This document shows, in pieces, positions 35,972 through 44,740 of a DNA stretch of 64,000 nucleotides. The notes under the pieces were generated by a model. It saw nothing but the letters and a program-made list of their open reading frames with translations. It was not told where the DNA came from and ran no database searches. The position numbers and the translations under genes were made by a program. Numbering within the stretch: the stretch's first letter is position 1; each line of letters begins with the position of its first letter. The stretch is from a virus (taxonomy: Duplodnaviria; Caudoviricetes): positions 96,001 to 160,000 of IMG/VR virus record IMGVR_UViG_3300044297_000138. One strand, 5' to 3'.

Positions 35972-38217
35972 TGTCTAAGTTTGATTCAAAATCACTTTTG
36001 GCTAAATTGATGGCCACCGAAAACCTATACGTGGAACAGGCGAATGTACCTACGGCCAGTTTTGATGTATTGAATCGTATTCTGACCGTTCCTATTCTTG
36101 ATTCCAATCTATCCGGTGAACTTTATGATCTATTCATCGGTCACGAAGTTGGTCACGCTCTTTATACTCCTGTTGAAGAAATGGCAGAAGCCAAAAATTC
36201 TGGTGTTCACATGTCAATTTTAAATGTATGTGAAGATTACCGTATTGAACGCAAAATCAAATACAAATATCCTGGTCTAAAAAACTGCTTTGTTAAAGCT
36301 TACAAAGAGTTGATGGAAAAAGATTTCTTTGAAACCAAAGATAAAGATTTGCAGGAAATGAATTTTATTGACCGGATGAATTTGCATCACAAAGTTGGTC
36401 CAATTCTAGGCATTAAATTTACGGATTTTGAGCGTGAACTTGTTTCCGAAGTTGAATCCGCAGAAAAATATAGCGAAATTATTGAAGTTGCGAAAAAAAT
36501 TGCTTCTTATATGAAAGAAGAATTGGAAAATATGCAACAAGAACAAGAAAAAATGAAAATTCTTGTTTTAACTGATGATCCAAATGTTGCCGGCGAGCAA
36601 AATGAGCAAAATGAAGAAGAAAAAATTGAAGAATATGATGTAATTATTGATGCTCGCTCAGGAAATTCAGAAAATAATGATGAAAACGGCGAAGAAAAGC
36701 AAAATTCTAGTTCTTCCGGTGAAATTGAAGAATCAAAAGCCGGTGAAAATGAAACCGGTGAAGAATCCAATGCAATGAGTGATTCTTCCGGCAATCCTGG
36801 TCAAGGCGGTTCAACAGAATCGTCAGCTGGATCTGGTGCAGGCATTAATTCTAAGGCAAAAGAGCTTACAGAAGATGATTTGAAATCACATACTGACGAA
36901 GCATACAATCGGAATCAAAATAAATTGTATTCCCAAGAAAATGCCACAATGTCATATGCATCGGTTCCTAAATTCAATACTAATCGGATCTATGATTACA
37001 AAAAATTGTATACTGATTATGTTGAAGAAGGATATACTGTAGCCACAAAACATTTCAACAAATACAAAACAGAAGCCAATAAAGTGGTTTCATATCTTGT
37101 CAAAGAATTTGAACTGCGTAAAAATGCGGATCAAATGAAACGTGCATCTGTTGCTAAAACGGGTGAACTGAATCTCAACAAGATTTATGCATACAATTTT
37201 AGCGAAGATATCTTCAAACGAATGTCAATCATTCCTGAAGGCAAATCACACGGCCTTATCATGTATCTTGATTGGTCTGGTTCTATGGTTCGCCATCTCG
37301 GTAACACCGTAAAACAATTAATGAACTTGGCCATGTTCTGCCGTAAAGTAAATATTCCTTTTGAAGTATATGCTTTCATAGATAACACCAAAGATGAATA
37401 CATGAGTGAAATGAAATATCAAAACGGTGACCTTGAATGTCATAAATTTGGTTTGTTGAATTTGCTTTCAAGCAGAATGTCAAATCGTGATTTCACTATT
37501 GCTTGTGGTGCTTTAATGAATATTGCTGGTCTTGGTCATAGTTATCGTGTAGGCCTTGGTCCTCTTTGGATGAATCTATCAGGAACTCCTTTGAATGAGG
37601 CAGTTATTTCTGCTATGGAAATTGTTCCTGAATTCCAAAAGAAAAATGGCCTTCAAATTGTGAATACGGTATTCTTAACTGATGGTGAAGGTTCTTATTT
37701 GAGTGGTGTTCACCAAGATAGACTAGGAATGAAAACAAATAGTTTGCACCGTGGTAGAGGTTATGTTGTGCTTCGTGATCCAAAAACCCGTCACGAAGAA
37801 AAATATAACTTGGCTGATTCAATTTCAATGGGACAAACTAATGCACTTGTTCGTTTGTTAAAACACCGCACCGGTGCTCATGTGATTGGTTTCTATGTTG
37901 CTGATACCGGTGAATTTAAAAACAAAATCAGATATTTGTATGATATTCCAAAAGATGATTTGGGTTACTATAATCTACATGAAATTGACAGAATCAAATC
38001 CGAGTTTGTGAAAAACAAATACGCCATTTCCACAAATACTGGATTTGATGATTATTACATTTTGCGTGGCGCCAGTCTAGATACAGATGATGATGCCGAA
38101 TTGGAGTTCAAAGAAAATGCCACAACCCGTGGTATGGTATCTGCCTTTAGCAAATATGCAGGCAATCGTTTGAACAATCGTATCATTCTAAACAAATTCA
38201 TTTCTTGGATTGCATAA
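35971..38217 (+). CDS. Metallopeptidase-like (HExxH) / vWA domain protein, CobT-like partner of MoxR ATPases
   Basis: HEVGH...NVCED; acidic linker; MIDAS DWSGSM, GTPL, FLTDGE. Confidence 0.85.
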   Translation: MSKFDSKSLLAKLMATENLYVEQANVPTASFDVLNRILTVPILDSNLSGELYDLFIGHEVGHALYTPVEEMAEAKNSGVHMSILNVCEDYRIERKIKYKYPGLKNCFVKAYKELMEKDFFETKDKDLQEMNFIDRMNLHHKVGPILGIKFTDFERELVSEVESAEKYSEIIEVAKKIASYMKEELENMQQEQEKMKILVLTDDPNVAGEQNEQNEEEKIEEYDVIIDARSGNSENNDENGEEKQNSSSSGEIEESKAGENETGEESNAMSDSSGNPGQGGSTESSAGSGAGINSKAKELTEDDLKSHTDEAYNRNQNKLYSQENATMSYASVPKFNTNRIYDYKKLYTDYVEEGYTVATKHFNKYKTEANKVVSYLVKEFELRKNADQMKRASVAKTGELNLNKIYAYNFSEDIFKRMSIIPEGKSHGLIMYLDWSGSMVRHLGNTVKQLMNLAMFCRKVNIPFEVYAFIDNTKDEYMSEMKYQNGDLECHKFGLLNLLSSRMSNRDFTIACGALMNIAGLGHSYRVGLGPLWMNLSGTPLNEAVISAMEIVPEFQKKNGLQIVNTVFLTDGEGSYLSGVHQDRLGMKTNSLHRGRGYVVLRDPKTRHEEKYNLADSISMGQTNALVRLLKHRTGAHVIGFYVADTGEFKNKIRYLYDIPKDDLGYYNLHEIDRIKSEFVKNKYAISTNTGFDDYYILRGASLDTDDDAELEFKENATTRGMVSAFSKYAGNRLNNRIILNKFISWIA

Positions 38218-38226
38218 GGAGATTTT

Positions 38227-38451
38227 ATGATTAACTATTCTGAATTTTACAATGGTGACCGTAAGGCCACAGTCACAATGATTGACACACATTGGGACAA
38301 ATCATTTATTAAGTGGGAAGTCACCATGTATGTCAATGATAGAATCATTGAAAAAAGAACGATCAGTTCAGAATCTTTGGCTGAAAATTTGGCCGAAGAT
38401 TTTGTAAATGGTGGTTATGATAGCCGTTCATTATTGAATGAAAGTAACTGA
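38227..38451 (+). CDS. Hypothetical protein
   Basis: AGGAG RBS; C-terminal AE..AEDFV. Confidence 0.6.
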   Translation: MINYSEFYNGDRKATVTMIDTHWDKSFIKWEVTMYVNDRIIEKRTISSESLAENLAEDFVNGGYDSRSLLNESN

Positions 38452-38726
38452 TGAATAATCAAATGAAAGAAATTTTCTGTATTGCACAGGAAGAATGTGC
38501 TGAGGTCACTCAGGCCATTTCCAAAGTGTTTCGTTTTGGTATTGATAATCACAAACCTGGACAAGACAAAACAAACAAGCAACACCTAGAAGAAGAAGTG
38601 GGTGATTTGTTGGCCATGGTTGACATTATGGTGGAAAAGTGTATAATCTCTGATAATGCTGTTAATGCAGCAAGAAAAGCTAAACGTGAAAAGTTGAAAC
38701 GATGGTCAACGATTGAAGGTCTATGA
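38451..38726 (+). CDS. MazG-like NTP pyrophosphohydrolase
   Basis: QEECAEV...LEEEVGDL (EExxE/ExxD). Confidence 0.75.
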   Translation: MNNQMKEIFCIAQEECAEVTQAISKVFRFGIDNHKPGQDKTNKQHLEEEVGDLLAMVDIMVEKCIISDNAVNAARKAKREKLKRWSTIEGL

Positions 38727-39026
38727 CAGACGAAGAATTGATCTATCACTACAATCGTATGGTAGAAATTTGGGGTGACAGGCTTCCTAATCTAGAACAG
38801 GAACCGATTCGCTTTGCTTATTATGTGAAACTCTATAGGATGTATTATGTTGAAACTAATTGATTTTCTTATCTTTGGTTGTTGGCACCGTTGGCAAATC
38901 AAAGAACAATTCAATGTTAAAGAAGGTACTCATTATGTTGGTACAGCCTATGTCTGCCAATGTCAGAAATGCGGTAAGCCTCAACGGTTCAACTGCTATT
39001 AATTTTCCAGCGCTTCCGGAGTTATT

Positions 39027-39281
39027 ATGAAAAAATACGAAAAATTTGAGGATTGGTTTGACGAAATGGAAATCACCGCTGACCGTTCTGACCGGTTCTA
39101 CGATGAAATGAAATACATGACGTATCAAAGAGCAGTCGAATGGTTAAGAGCCGCATGGGATTGTGCCAGAGAAGAATTCTGTCCGTACTGTGCCAGTGTA
39201 GAGCTAGGCGAAGTAATTTTTGACCAGAACTGTCCTAGTTGCGTAGAACGTATGTCAAAGTTTGCAGATAGAGTTAAATGA
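39027..39281 (+). CDS. Hypothetical protein with C-terminal CxxC pairs
   Basis: GGAG RBS; CPYC...CPSC. Confidence 0.6.
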   Translation: MKKYEKFEDWFDEMEITADRSDRFYDEMKYMTYQRAVEWLRAAWDCAREEFCPYCASVELGEVIFDQNCPSCVERMSKFADRVK

Positions 39282-39517
39282 CGGAGACAAAGGCCAAGAA
39301 ACCTGCACCATACTATAAGGTTCATGTGGTGATGAAAACAGGTTTCAAATACAAGTTTGTGTGTATCGGTAGAAATTTACAAAGTATGCTGAACCACACC
39401 AATAGTTTCTACTGGACAGAATCTACGAAGCATGAAGAAATTCCAGAGCAGGAATACCGAGATTTTTATTCTGTGGGTTTAGAGGAAGAGAAACCGAAAA
39501 GGAAAAAGAAAAAGTGA
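39278..39517 (+). CDS. Hypothetical protein
   Basis: Coupled ORF. Confidence 0.55.
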   Translation: MTETKAKKPAPYYKVHVVMKTGFKYKFVCIGRNLQSMLNHTNSFYWTESTKHEEIPEQEYRDFYSVGLEEEKPKRKKKK

Positions 39518-39624
39518 AGTATGTTTTTATGGCTTTGAATGCCATCATACTTTTTCTATGGATGTTAGTAATGTTTGGATTTTTAACCGTAGTTGTGAGT
39601 ATGGTCTACGGTATGATTGTTCAA

Positions 39625-39828
39625 TCAATTAAATGATTGATTCTTTCTGGAGTATTCATTGATCCAGTATTCAACATCGGCGGTGCTCTGTGGTGCCTTG
39701 GAAGCAACGAAAGTTTCCATATCTTGCTTCAGAGAAACATTGGCCAGTTTATCAATATCCAAAGAAAGCTTACCAGTCACTATTAACGCAACGATATACA
39801 TGGAAAGAACTATAATTGGAAATAACAT
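39625..39828 (-). CDS. Small membrane-anchored protein, lone minus-strand gene
   Basis: N-terminal TM; own upstream TATAAACA box and AGGG RBS. Confidence 0.6.
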   Translation of the reverse strand: MLFPIIVLSMYIVALIVTGKLSLDIDKLANVSLKQDMETFVASKAPQSTADVEYWINEYSRKNQSFN

Positions 39829-39909
39829 TTGATTTACCCTATATTAGTGTTTATACTAATATGTATCCATAAATGATGCACCGCAACAACAATTTAGAGA
39901 GCAATATCT

Positions 39910-40188
39910 ATGAGAAATGACCAACTTTATATTTACAGCCTAATACTAGAGAAATACCTCCAAGATATGGAAATAGAAGTATTGACTTACCATGTGATGG
40001 AAAGATTCAAACTGGTAGAAAAGGACGAAATCTGGCCAGATAAGATTACACTACCATTACCATTCACACCGTTGCCACAAAGCAACACATGCCCCCTATG
40101 TTGGATTGACTTGAATACCACCATGTGTTATACTTGTATTAATCCCAAATGCCCAACCGGAATGGGACCACTCATGTGCAAGGCTTAA
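39910..40188 (+). CDS. Hypothetical protein with Cys-rich C-terminus
   Basis: CPLC...C..C...CP. Confidence 0.5.
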   Translation: MRNDQLYIYSLILEKYLQDMEIEVLTYHVMERFKLVEKDEIWPDKITLPLPFTPLPQSNTCPLCWIDLNTTMCYTCINPKCPTGMGPLMCKA

Positions 40189-40189
40189 C

Positions 40190-40384
40190 ATGGACTTCCT
40201 AGAATCTTTTTTCACAATTTCGGTATACAACCTCAATCTATTCAGTTTCATACTGGGTATGCTGTGGTGCATGATGAACATGACATCCTTTGGTAACCAG
40301 AAATCAATATGGTCTCAGATTCTACTTTATACCATCGGTGTTGCAGTCTACTATTATTGTAAATCAAAAGGTTTGATCCAATGA
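40190..40384 (+). CDS. Small two-TM membrane protein
   Basis: Two hydrophobic segments. Confidence 0.5.
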   Translation: MDFLESFFTISVYNLNLFSFILGMLWCMMNMTSFGNQKSIWSQILLYTIGVAVYYYCKSKGLIQ

Positions 40385-40674
40385 GTGGAAAATACTATGT
40401 CGTTTGTGGTAATCAGAATGAATTTAATGAGTTTATCAAAAGGAAAGCTTTTGAGTTATTCGGCCAAGGAAATACCTCTATAAGCCTTTCACAATTCGTA
40501 CATGTGGATAGTGTGGAAAAAATTAGAGGAATACACGAACCGACCGGATGGTTCTATGGTACCTGGAAGAATAATCCAAATATTGAAGTTATTATGATTG
40601 CACTTGCAGGTTCTCTTAACGGTATCAGACTACGAAACATTCAGAATCTTTGGAAGGAATACAGAAAAGGATGA
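40381..40674 (+). CDS. Hypothetical protein
   Basis: Coupled ORF. Confidence 0.6.
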   Translation: MSGKYYVVCGNQNEFNEFIKRKAFELFGQGNTSISLSQFVHVDSVEKIRGIHEPTGWFYGTWKNNPNIEVIMIALAGSLNGIRLRNIQNLWKEYRKG

Positions 40675-41270
40675 AAGTATATTTTATTTTAGATTCCGCA
40701 TCCAATGCTGTAAAGGTTGGTAAAGCCAATAACATACAAGAAAGAATGTCAGACCTACAAACTGGCAATCCAAATACATTGAAATTGATCCATCAAATTG
40801 AGTGTGAATCCGAAAAACAAAGTTTTCTATTGGAACAAACATTACATAAAAAATTGCAAGGTATTAGATTAATTGGTGAATGGTTCAGATATGATGAATC
40901 CATCTTTGCAGATTTTTTTGATGATAAATTGAATTTTGAAAGAACAATTAAACGGGAATCACTTGAATGGGAAACTTTGTTTGGTACAGAATCTTTTGGT
41001 TTAAAAGATTTTCCATGTTGTTTCTTTTATCCAAACTTAACTGCACAAATAATGTTAAGTTATGAGGACTCTGTGGGAAAGAGAGTTCCGTTTAGAACAA
41101 TGAAATACCCCACAGATGGCAAACAGATGCTTCTTCCTTATTCCATGGAAAAAGATAAAGTATTCATATCCGATAGAAAACACAAAGAGAACCTAAAATT
41201 GAAAAAATTCCTAAAATCACAGGAAATTCAAAATTCTCAGGTTTCTCCCCTAGAAAAATTTTTAGATTAA
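40671..41270 (+). CDS. GIY-YIG-family (T5orf172/MUG113-like) protein
   Basis: VYFI...VKVG.A....RM..LQTGNP...LE..LH...GEWF. Confidence 0.75.
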   Translation: MKVYFILDSASNAVKVGKANNIQERMSDLQTGNPNTLKLIHQIECESEKQSFLLEQTLHKKLQGIRLIGEWFRYDESIFADFFDDKLNFERTIKRESLEWETLFGTESFGLKDFPCCFFYPNLTAQIMLSYEDSVGKRVPFRTMKYPTDGKQMLLPYSMEKDKVFISDRKHKENLKLKKFLKSQEIQNSQVSPLEKFLD

Positions 41271-41413
41271 CAAAAATCGAAAACCTTGGGCCGGCCCCAG
41301 AAAATAAAAAATAGGAAAAAAGAGTTTGACCTGGTGGAGCTTTTTTAGCTAAGCGGTCACTCCCCATGGCCGGCCCCCTCCAGCCCTAGTCAAAAAGTAT
41401 TACACCAGTAGCC

Positions 41414-41440
41414 AAAAAAAAGGAGGCGCATAGGCCTCCT
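41414..41440 (-). terminator. Rho-independent terminator for the minus-strand block
   Basis: Minus strand reads AGGAGGC-CTATGC-GCCTCCT followed by a run of T. Confidence 0.8.
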
Positions 41441-41485
41441 GAGCAACCGATGAGCCGCCAGCATCCGCTGGTCTTACTGCTTATA

Positions 41486-42130
41486 TCAGGCCGCAACCGC
41501 TATCCGTATAACCTTGGCCATTTTCTTGCCGTGAGCGGGATAACCAATAACCGCTACATCCTTGGAGTAGCAGGCACGGCATGTAAGGCACTTGCCGCCT
41601 TGGTTATATGCCTGGCACACCGTGACACCAGCAGGTGCTGAGGTAGCATCAGGTAAAATGGTGGAGCCATGGACGCCAGGTGTGAAGGTGCCATCCACCG
41701 CATCGCTACTATAACGGACCATGACATTAGGTAAAGCTTGCATGGCTTTAAGCACTGCCTGGAATTTAGGGAATTTATACATCCGGGTGGGAAGCCAGTG
41801 CTTGGTGCCAGGAGTAGCTGTCATAATGGCCAGCATTTTCTCAGCCAATTCCAAGCTATACATATCGCCGGAATCAAACCAGCGGAAATGGCTGTCCTTG
41901 GACAGAGCTTTCACCATATCAGCGGTCCAGCCGTCACGCTGCCAGTCCGCCTTATTATCGGCACGGACAGCTTTCACGGGGCCAAAGTGGTACATGCCGG
42001 TGGTGGCGTAGCAACCAGAGCAAGCGGGAACCAGTGAACCGTCAGCGGCTTTGGAACCAGGGCAGGTTTCGAGAGCTTGCAGGGACCAGCTTTTGGTACC
42101 GAGCTTGGAGGTTTTTGAGAACTTGACCAT
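41486..42130 (-). CDS. Gp88-like phage protein (Cys-containing, radical-SAM-like)
   Basis: TCPGS...CSGCYA, FRWFDSGD, WLPTR, C-terminal C....C..CRAC; AAAGGA RBS. Confidence 0.7.
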   Translation of the reverse strand: MVKFSKTSKLGTKSWSLQALETCPGSKAADGSLVPACSGCYATTGMYHFGPVKAVRADNKADWQRDGWTADMVKALSKDSHFRWFDSGDMYSLELAEKMLAIMTATPGTKHWLPTRMYKFPKFQAVLKAMQALPNVMVRYSSDAVDGTFTPGVHGSTILPDATSAPAGVTVCQAYNQGGKCLTCRACYSKDVAVIGYPAHGKKMAKVIRIAVAA

Positions 42131-42143
42131 GTATTTCCTTTCA

Positions 42144-42182
42144 ACTATGGATGGAGTATACCATAACCAGTGAAAATGGCAA
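42144..42182 (-). repeat. 39-bp repeated early promoter, copy 1 (TTGCCA-16-TATACT, extended -10)
   Basis: Two mismatches versus 42667-42705. Confidence 0.85.
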
Positions 42183-42194
42183 CCTAATACTTTT

Positions 42195-42380
42195 TTATTC
42201 CACCTGGCTCAAGTGACAATCCGAATCCAGATAATCCGGATCATTCTCCACGTATTCCTGTTGGATGAGCTCCACCCAATCCATTGGTACCTCATGCTTG
42301 GCGGTTATCTCAGCAAAGGAAAGCCGGCCGGCTACTAGGTCTTCCTGGATATCCAGGACTAGGTTTGATATTTTGGACAT
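42195..42380 (-). CDS. Small acidic HTH-like protein
   Basis: AGGAG RBS; MSKISNL..DIQE.L....SF.EI......P..WV, similar to the ORF at ~50296-50467. Confidence 0.6.
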   Translation of the reverse strand: MSKISNLVLDIQEDLVAGRLSFAEITAKHEVPMDWVELIQQEYVENDPDYLDSDCHLSQVE

Positions 42381-42391
42381 AATTTTCTCCT

Positions 42392-42649
42392 TTAATTGGT
42401 TTGCTTGGCATCCATCATTTCCGAGAGGATATACTTGGCACGGTTCAAATACTGGCGGATGGTGTTATCAGCCTGTCCGTCAGGGAATGAACCAGCCATT
42501 TCCTGCAGCTCTTGGCAGTCCGAAAGGATACCCATGACCACCATTTCCAGACCGGAGACCCGAGCGGTCAGGCCTTCCATGTATTCCCTGCGGATGCCCT
42601 CGGTGGACATGCCGTAGCATTGCTTTTCAAATTCGGTGATATTAGCCAT
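42392..42649 (-). CDS. Hypothetical early protein
   Basis: GGAG RBS directly downstream of the repeated promoter. Confidence 0.7.
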   Translation of the reverse strand: MANITEFEKQCYGMSTEGIRREYMEGLTARVSGLEMVVMGILSDCQELQEMAGSFPDGQADNTIRQYLNRAKYILSEMMDAKQTN

Positions 42650-42666
42650 AATTGCTCCGTTTGTTG

Positions 42667-42705
42667 ACTATGGAAGGAGTATACCACAACCAGTGAAAAT
42701 GGCAA
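42667..42705 (-). repeat. 39-bp repeated early promoter, copy 2
   Basis: See 42144-42182. Confidence 0.85.
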
Positions 42706-42749
42706 TGGTATACTTTAGTATTCCATCCAGGGGATGGACAATGGCTTGC

Positions 42750-42989
42750 TTAATCCAGGAGGACCATGTAGGCTTTAGGGTTGAACCGGCGGAACCACTC
42801 CACACCGGTGCGGACGGTTTTGTAGTCTCCGAACCGCTCAGCACCCATGGTGATATCATACACCGTAACCTCCAGAGGGGTCAGCCATATGCTCTCACCA
42901 GAAAATGGATTGGTCACCTGTACCGGTTCCGTATCCACAACCACGCCACCCTCGAAGGGAAGCTTGTCAGCACTCATTTTAGCCATTAT
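42750..42989 (-). CDS. Hypothetical early protein
   Basis: GGAG RBS; ends FRRFNPKAYMVLLD. Confidence 0.65.
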   Translation of the reverse strand: MMAKMSADKLPFEGGVVVDTEPVQVTNPFSGESIWLTPLEVTVYDITMGAERFGDYKTVRTGVEWFRRFNPKAYMVLLD

Positions 42990-43061
42990 GGTCTCCAATA
43001 GAAAATGTCCAACACCAACACCAAAGCTGCAGCCGCATATACGGCTGCCAGCACTTTTACC

Positions 43062-43367
43062 TTAAGCTGCAACAGCATGAGCAGCCTCCGCACCTTTATA
43101 CACTACAGCCTTGCTGGGACGCTTGGCGGCTTTGATAGCCTTAGTGCCTACAGGCTTGGCCTGCTTTTCAAGCAACCGCTGCAAGCGAGCCTGAGCACGG
43201 ACGATAGCCTGCTCACGCTTTTCCTGACGGGCGGTGGCACGAGCTGCACGCTCTGCCGATTTAAGGATTTTAGCTTCCACACGGGCTTCCTTATGGAGCT
43301 GGCGGAGCGCCTTGATAATAACAGCCTGATCCTTCAGGCTCATGGCTTTGAATTCATCGGTCAACAT
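43062..43367 (-). CDS. Ala/Lys/Arg-rich basic helical protein
   Basis: AAAGGA RBS; promoter at 43397-43424. Confidence 0.65.
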   Translation of the reverse strand: MLTDEFKAMSLKDQAVIIKALRQLHKEARVEAKILKSAERAARATARQEKREQAIVRAQARLQRLLEKQAKPVGTKAIKAAKRPSKAVVYKGAEAAHAVAA

Positions 43368-43396
43368 AAAATGTCCTTTCGTTTGTTGATGGTTGA

Positions 43397-43500
43397 ATTA
43401 TGCACGAACCAAGGGGAATGGCAATATTAAACTTTTTTCTTACAGGGGGAAAACTGAGAACCTTTGTCTGAATTGCCATGGATACTGGTTCGCTTATAAT
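43397..43500. promoter_or_regulatory. Back-to-back divergent promoters
   Basis: Minus: TTGCCA-16-CATAAT (43424-43397). Plus: TTGCCA-16-TATAAT (43473-43500). Confidence 0.75.
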
Positions 43501-43743
43501 TGGTACCAGATTCGAAGCCAAGCGGGATGCACACGGAGCCTGGCCGTTATATTCGGTCACCATCGGATGAATACTTTTGTTTGCGGGGCACCAGAGGAAA
43601 AGAAACCAAAGAATGGCTCTGTGACCTTCCGTATTCAATCCTGAGTGATCCTGAAAACAAATGGCATCGTTGCCAGAAACTAAGTCGGACTAATACCAAA
43701 GGTCTAACGCTCGGTTGCGCTTCACCATGCGAAATTTGCGAAG

Positions 43744-43804
43744 TTATCCACAGCTTATCCACAGCCATCACTTTTTGACTGTTTTATCCACAAAGTTATG
43801 CACA
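43744..43804 (+). promoter_or_regulatory. Cluster of four DnaA boxes
   Basis: TTATCCACA at 43744, 43755 and 43784; TTATGCACA at 43796; all the same orientation, in non-coding DNA. Confidence 0.85.
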
Positions 43805-43846
43805 GCCTTTGGATCGGTTAAAACTTTTTTACTGGTTTATTCCAAT

Positions 43847-43893
43847 GGAATACTATGGTATACGCTTGCCAATTCTACCAATTATGACATAAT
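43847..43893 (+). promoter_or_regulatory. Early promoter with upstream element
   Basis: GGAATACTATGGTATA-CGC-TTGCCA-16-CATAAT. Confidence 0.75.
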
Positions 43894-43924
43894 CTAACCA
43901 TCAAAACCAACAAGGAATGACGAT

Positions 43925-44098
43925 ATGAAACGAAATGATTACATTGCTCTGATTATAGAGCATATTGTGAACCAAGGTTATAAATCTTCGGATGCTTTTG
44001 TGAACTATATTACTAATGAGTTGGTCAATATGAGTACCGAAGCATTAGCCGATGAATTGGAAGCTTTGGAAATTAATGCTATTGGTCTCAGTATGTAA
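43925..44098 (+). CDS. Small acidic early protein (57 aa)
   Basis: AAGGA RBS after the promoter. Confidence 0.55.
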   Translation: MKRNDYIALIIEHIVNQGYKSSDAFVNYITNELVNMSTEALADELEALEINAIGLSM

Positions 44099-44141
44099 TC
44101 TTTGGTTCTCTATCGTAAAAATGGAGAACTAATTGATTATA

Positions 44142-44169
44142 TTGACATTTTTGTGTTTTTGTGTATAAT
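44142..44169 (+). promoter_or_regulatory. sigma70-type early promoter
   Basis: TTGACA-16-TATAAT with TG extension. Confidence 0.8.
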
Positions 44170-44192
44170 GATTGTATTGAAAGGTTGACAGA

Positions 44193-44444
44193 ATGAATAC
44201 TATTCACTACGGTAAGAAGGAAGAGTTACAAGGTAGATTTTTAATACCTTTTTCTTGCTCTGATATTGTCGGAATACGGACTGAGCTTCGGCCACACGAG
44301 CGGACAGATGCTGAGAATAAAGTATTAGGTACGGTTTCGGATCGTATTACTTTGGCATTACAAGAGCGTGGGTATGAGGTGGTTAGTATTAGTTTTTGGT
44401 CTATGTTGATTTCAGCAGTAAAAAGTGAGGTAAAAAGTGTTTGA
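44193..44444 (+). CDS. Hypothetical early protein
   Basis: AAGG RBS after the promoter. Confidence 0.55.
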   Translation: MNTIHYGKKEELQGRFLIPFSCSDIVGIRTELRPHERTDAENKVLGTVSDRITLALQERGYEVVSISFWSMLISAVKSEVKSV

Positions 44445-44665
44445 GCTTGTAAATATTGACGGATTGTGGAATGTTGTATACAATGGTACGATAGTAGATA
44501 CTTTTGTTTTCAGGCAAGAGGCTGAGGATCACATTGTAGTGCTTAGGTATGAAATGGATCATGCATGGGATAACTTTGGTATGGAATTTGATGAAATGAT
44601 TGAAGTTTGAGTTAATTAGTATTCACTACGATAAGGTGAATACTTTAGTAATCCATGAGGTAAAT

Positions 44666-44714
44666 GGAATACTAAAGCATTCGTCTTGACAAAGCGGATG
44701 GTTTCAGGTAGAAT
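44666..44714 (+). promoter_or_regulatory. Early promoter with upstream element
   Basis: GGAATACTAAAGCATT-CGTC-TTGACA-17-TAGAAT. Confidence 0.75.
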
Positions 44715-44740
44715 TATTGCATTGATTGAAAGGTGAATTT

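Noticed and set aside
41450-43430. Plus-strand ORFs over the GC-richer block
   Set aside because: The minus-strand ORFs have the promoters, RBSs and terminator; the plus-strand frames are open only because higher GC gives fewer stops.
43500-43740. tRNA gene
   Set aside because: A TTCGAA is present but no cloverleaf with acceptor stem and anticodon arm could be built.
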